This document shows, one piece after another, positions 63,105-64,000 of a stretch of 64,000 nt of DNA (its first letter is position 1; each line of letters begins with the position of its first letter). Position numbers and translations under genes: made by a program. This stretch comes from Macrostomum hystrix (lineage: Eukaryota; Animalia; Platyhelminthes). The stretch is taken from NCBI GenBank assembly GCA_950097015.1, contig CATNEN010000025.1, forward strand, positions 3,100,001 through 3,164,000. Direction: 5' to 3'. The notes under the pieces are model-generated. The model did not search any database and was not told where the DNA came from. It saw only the letters and a list, made by a program, of their open reading frames with translations.

Positions 63105-64000
63105 CACACACTCCACACCCAACTCAGACACTCCACACCCATCTCACACACTCCACACCCACCTGAGACACTCCACACCCACCTCAGACACTCCACACCC
63201 ACCTCAGACACTCCACACCCATCTCAGACACTCCACACCCACCTCAGACACTCCACACCCACCTCAGACACTCCACACCCACCTCAGACACTCCACGCCC
63301 ACCTCAGACACTCCACACCCAACTCACACTCCACACCCACCTGAGACACTCCACACCCATCTCAGACACTCCACACCCAACTCAGACACTCCACACCCAT
63401 CTCAGACACTCCACACCCACCTGAGACACTCCACACCCACCCCAGACACTCCACACCCACCTGAGACACTCCACACCCACCTGAGACACTCCACACCCAC
63501 CTCAGACACTCCACACCCACCTCAGACACTCCACACCCACCTCAGACACTCCACACCCATCTCAGACACTCCACACCCACCTCAGACACTCCACACCCAC
63601 CTCAGACACTCCACACCCACCTCAGACACTCCACACCCACCTCAGACACTCCACACCCAACTCACACTCCACACCCACCTGAGACACTCCACACCCATCT
63701 CAGACACTCCACACCCAACTCAGACACTCCACACCCATCTCAGACACTCCACACCCACCTGAGACACTCCACACCCACCCCAGACACTCCACACCCACCT
63801 GAGACACTCCACACCCACCTGAGACACTCCACACCCACCTCAGACACTCCACACCCACCTCAGACACTCCACACCCACCTCAGACACTCCACACCCACCT
63901 CAGACACTCCACACCCATCTCAGACACTCCACACCCAACTCAGACACTCCACACCCATCTCAGACACTCCACACCCACCTGAGACACTTCACACCCACCT
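63105..64000 (+). repeat. 20-bp minisatellite (cactccacacccacctcaga)n, runs off the window
   Basis: About 45 units. Confidence 0.97.

Overview
Eukaryotic (metazoan) genomic DNA, not prokaryotic. It has GT-AG spliced genes with GC-rich exons, AT-rich intergenic DNA, tRNA-derived SINEs and many intronic minisatellites. The style suggests a free-living flatworm such as Macrostomum, which is an inference only. I rebuilt the genes by hand with exon-phase checks. They are: a calmodulin-like EF-hand protein, a small Cys-rich secreted protein, a two-cNMP-domain protein (-), an IP3 3-kinase, mitochondrial ribosomal protein L4, alkyl-DHAP synthase ending in PTS1 -AKL, a gamma-glutamyltransferase (-), an intronless 894-aa secreted protein with Cys/Trp repeats (-), a possible small membrane protein (-), tRNA-Ser(AGA), and the 5' part of an MPDZ/PATJ-type L27-PDZ gene that runs off the window. 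Mobile DNA includes two SINE families (about 7 copies or fragments each, one nested), an RNase H LINE remnant, a hAT-type MITE carrying a 16-bp minisatellite, and other TIR or foldback elements. About 20 tandem arrays explain nearly all the long low-complexity ORFs. There is no CRISPR array and no prokaryotic system. The best novelty candidates are the 894-aa repeat protein, the MITE-borne minisatellite family, the arrays that inflate introns right after splice donors, and a candidate alternative first exon in the PDZ gene. Repeat boundaries and copy counts are approximate. No database search was run.
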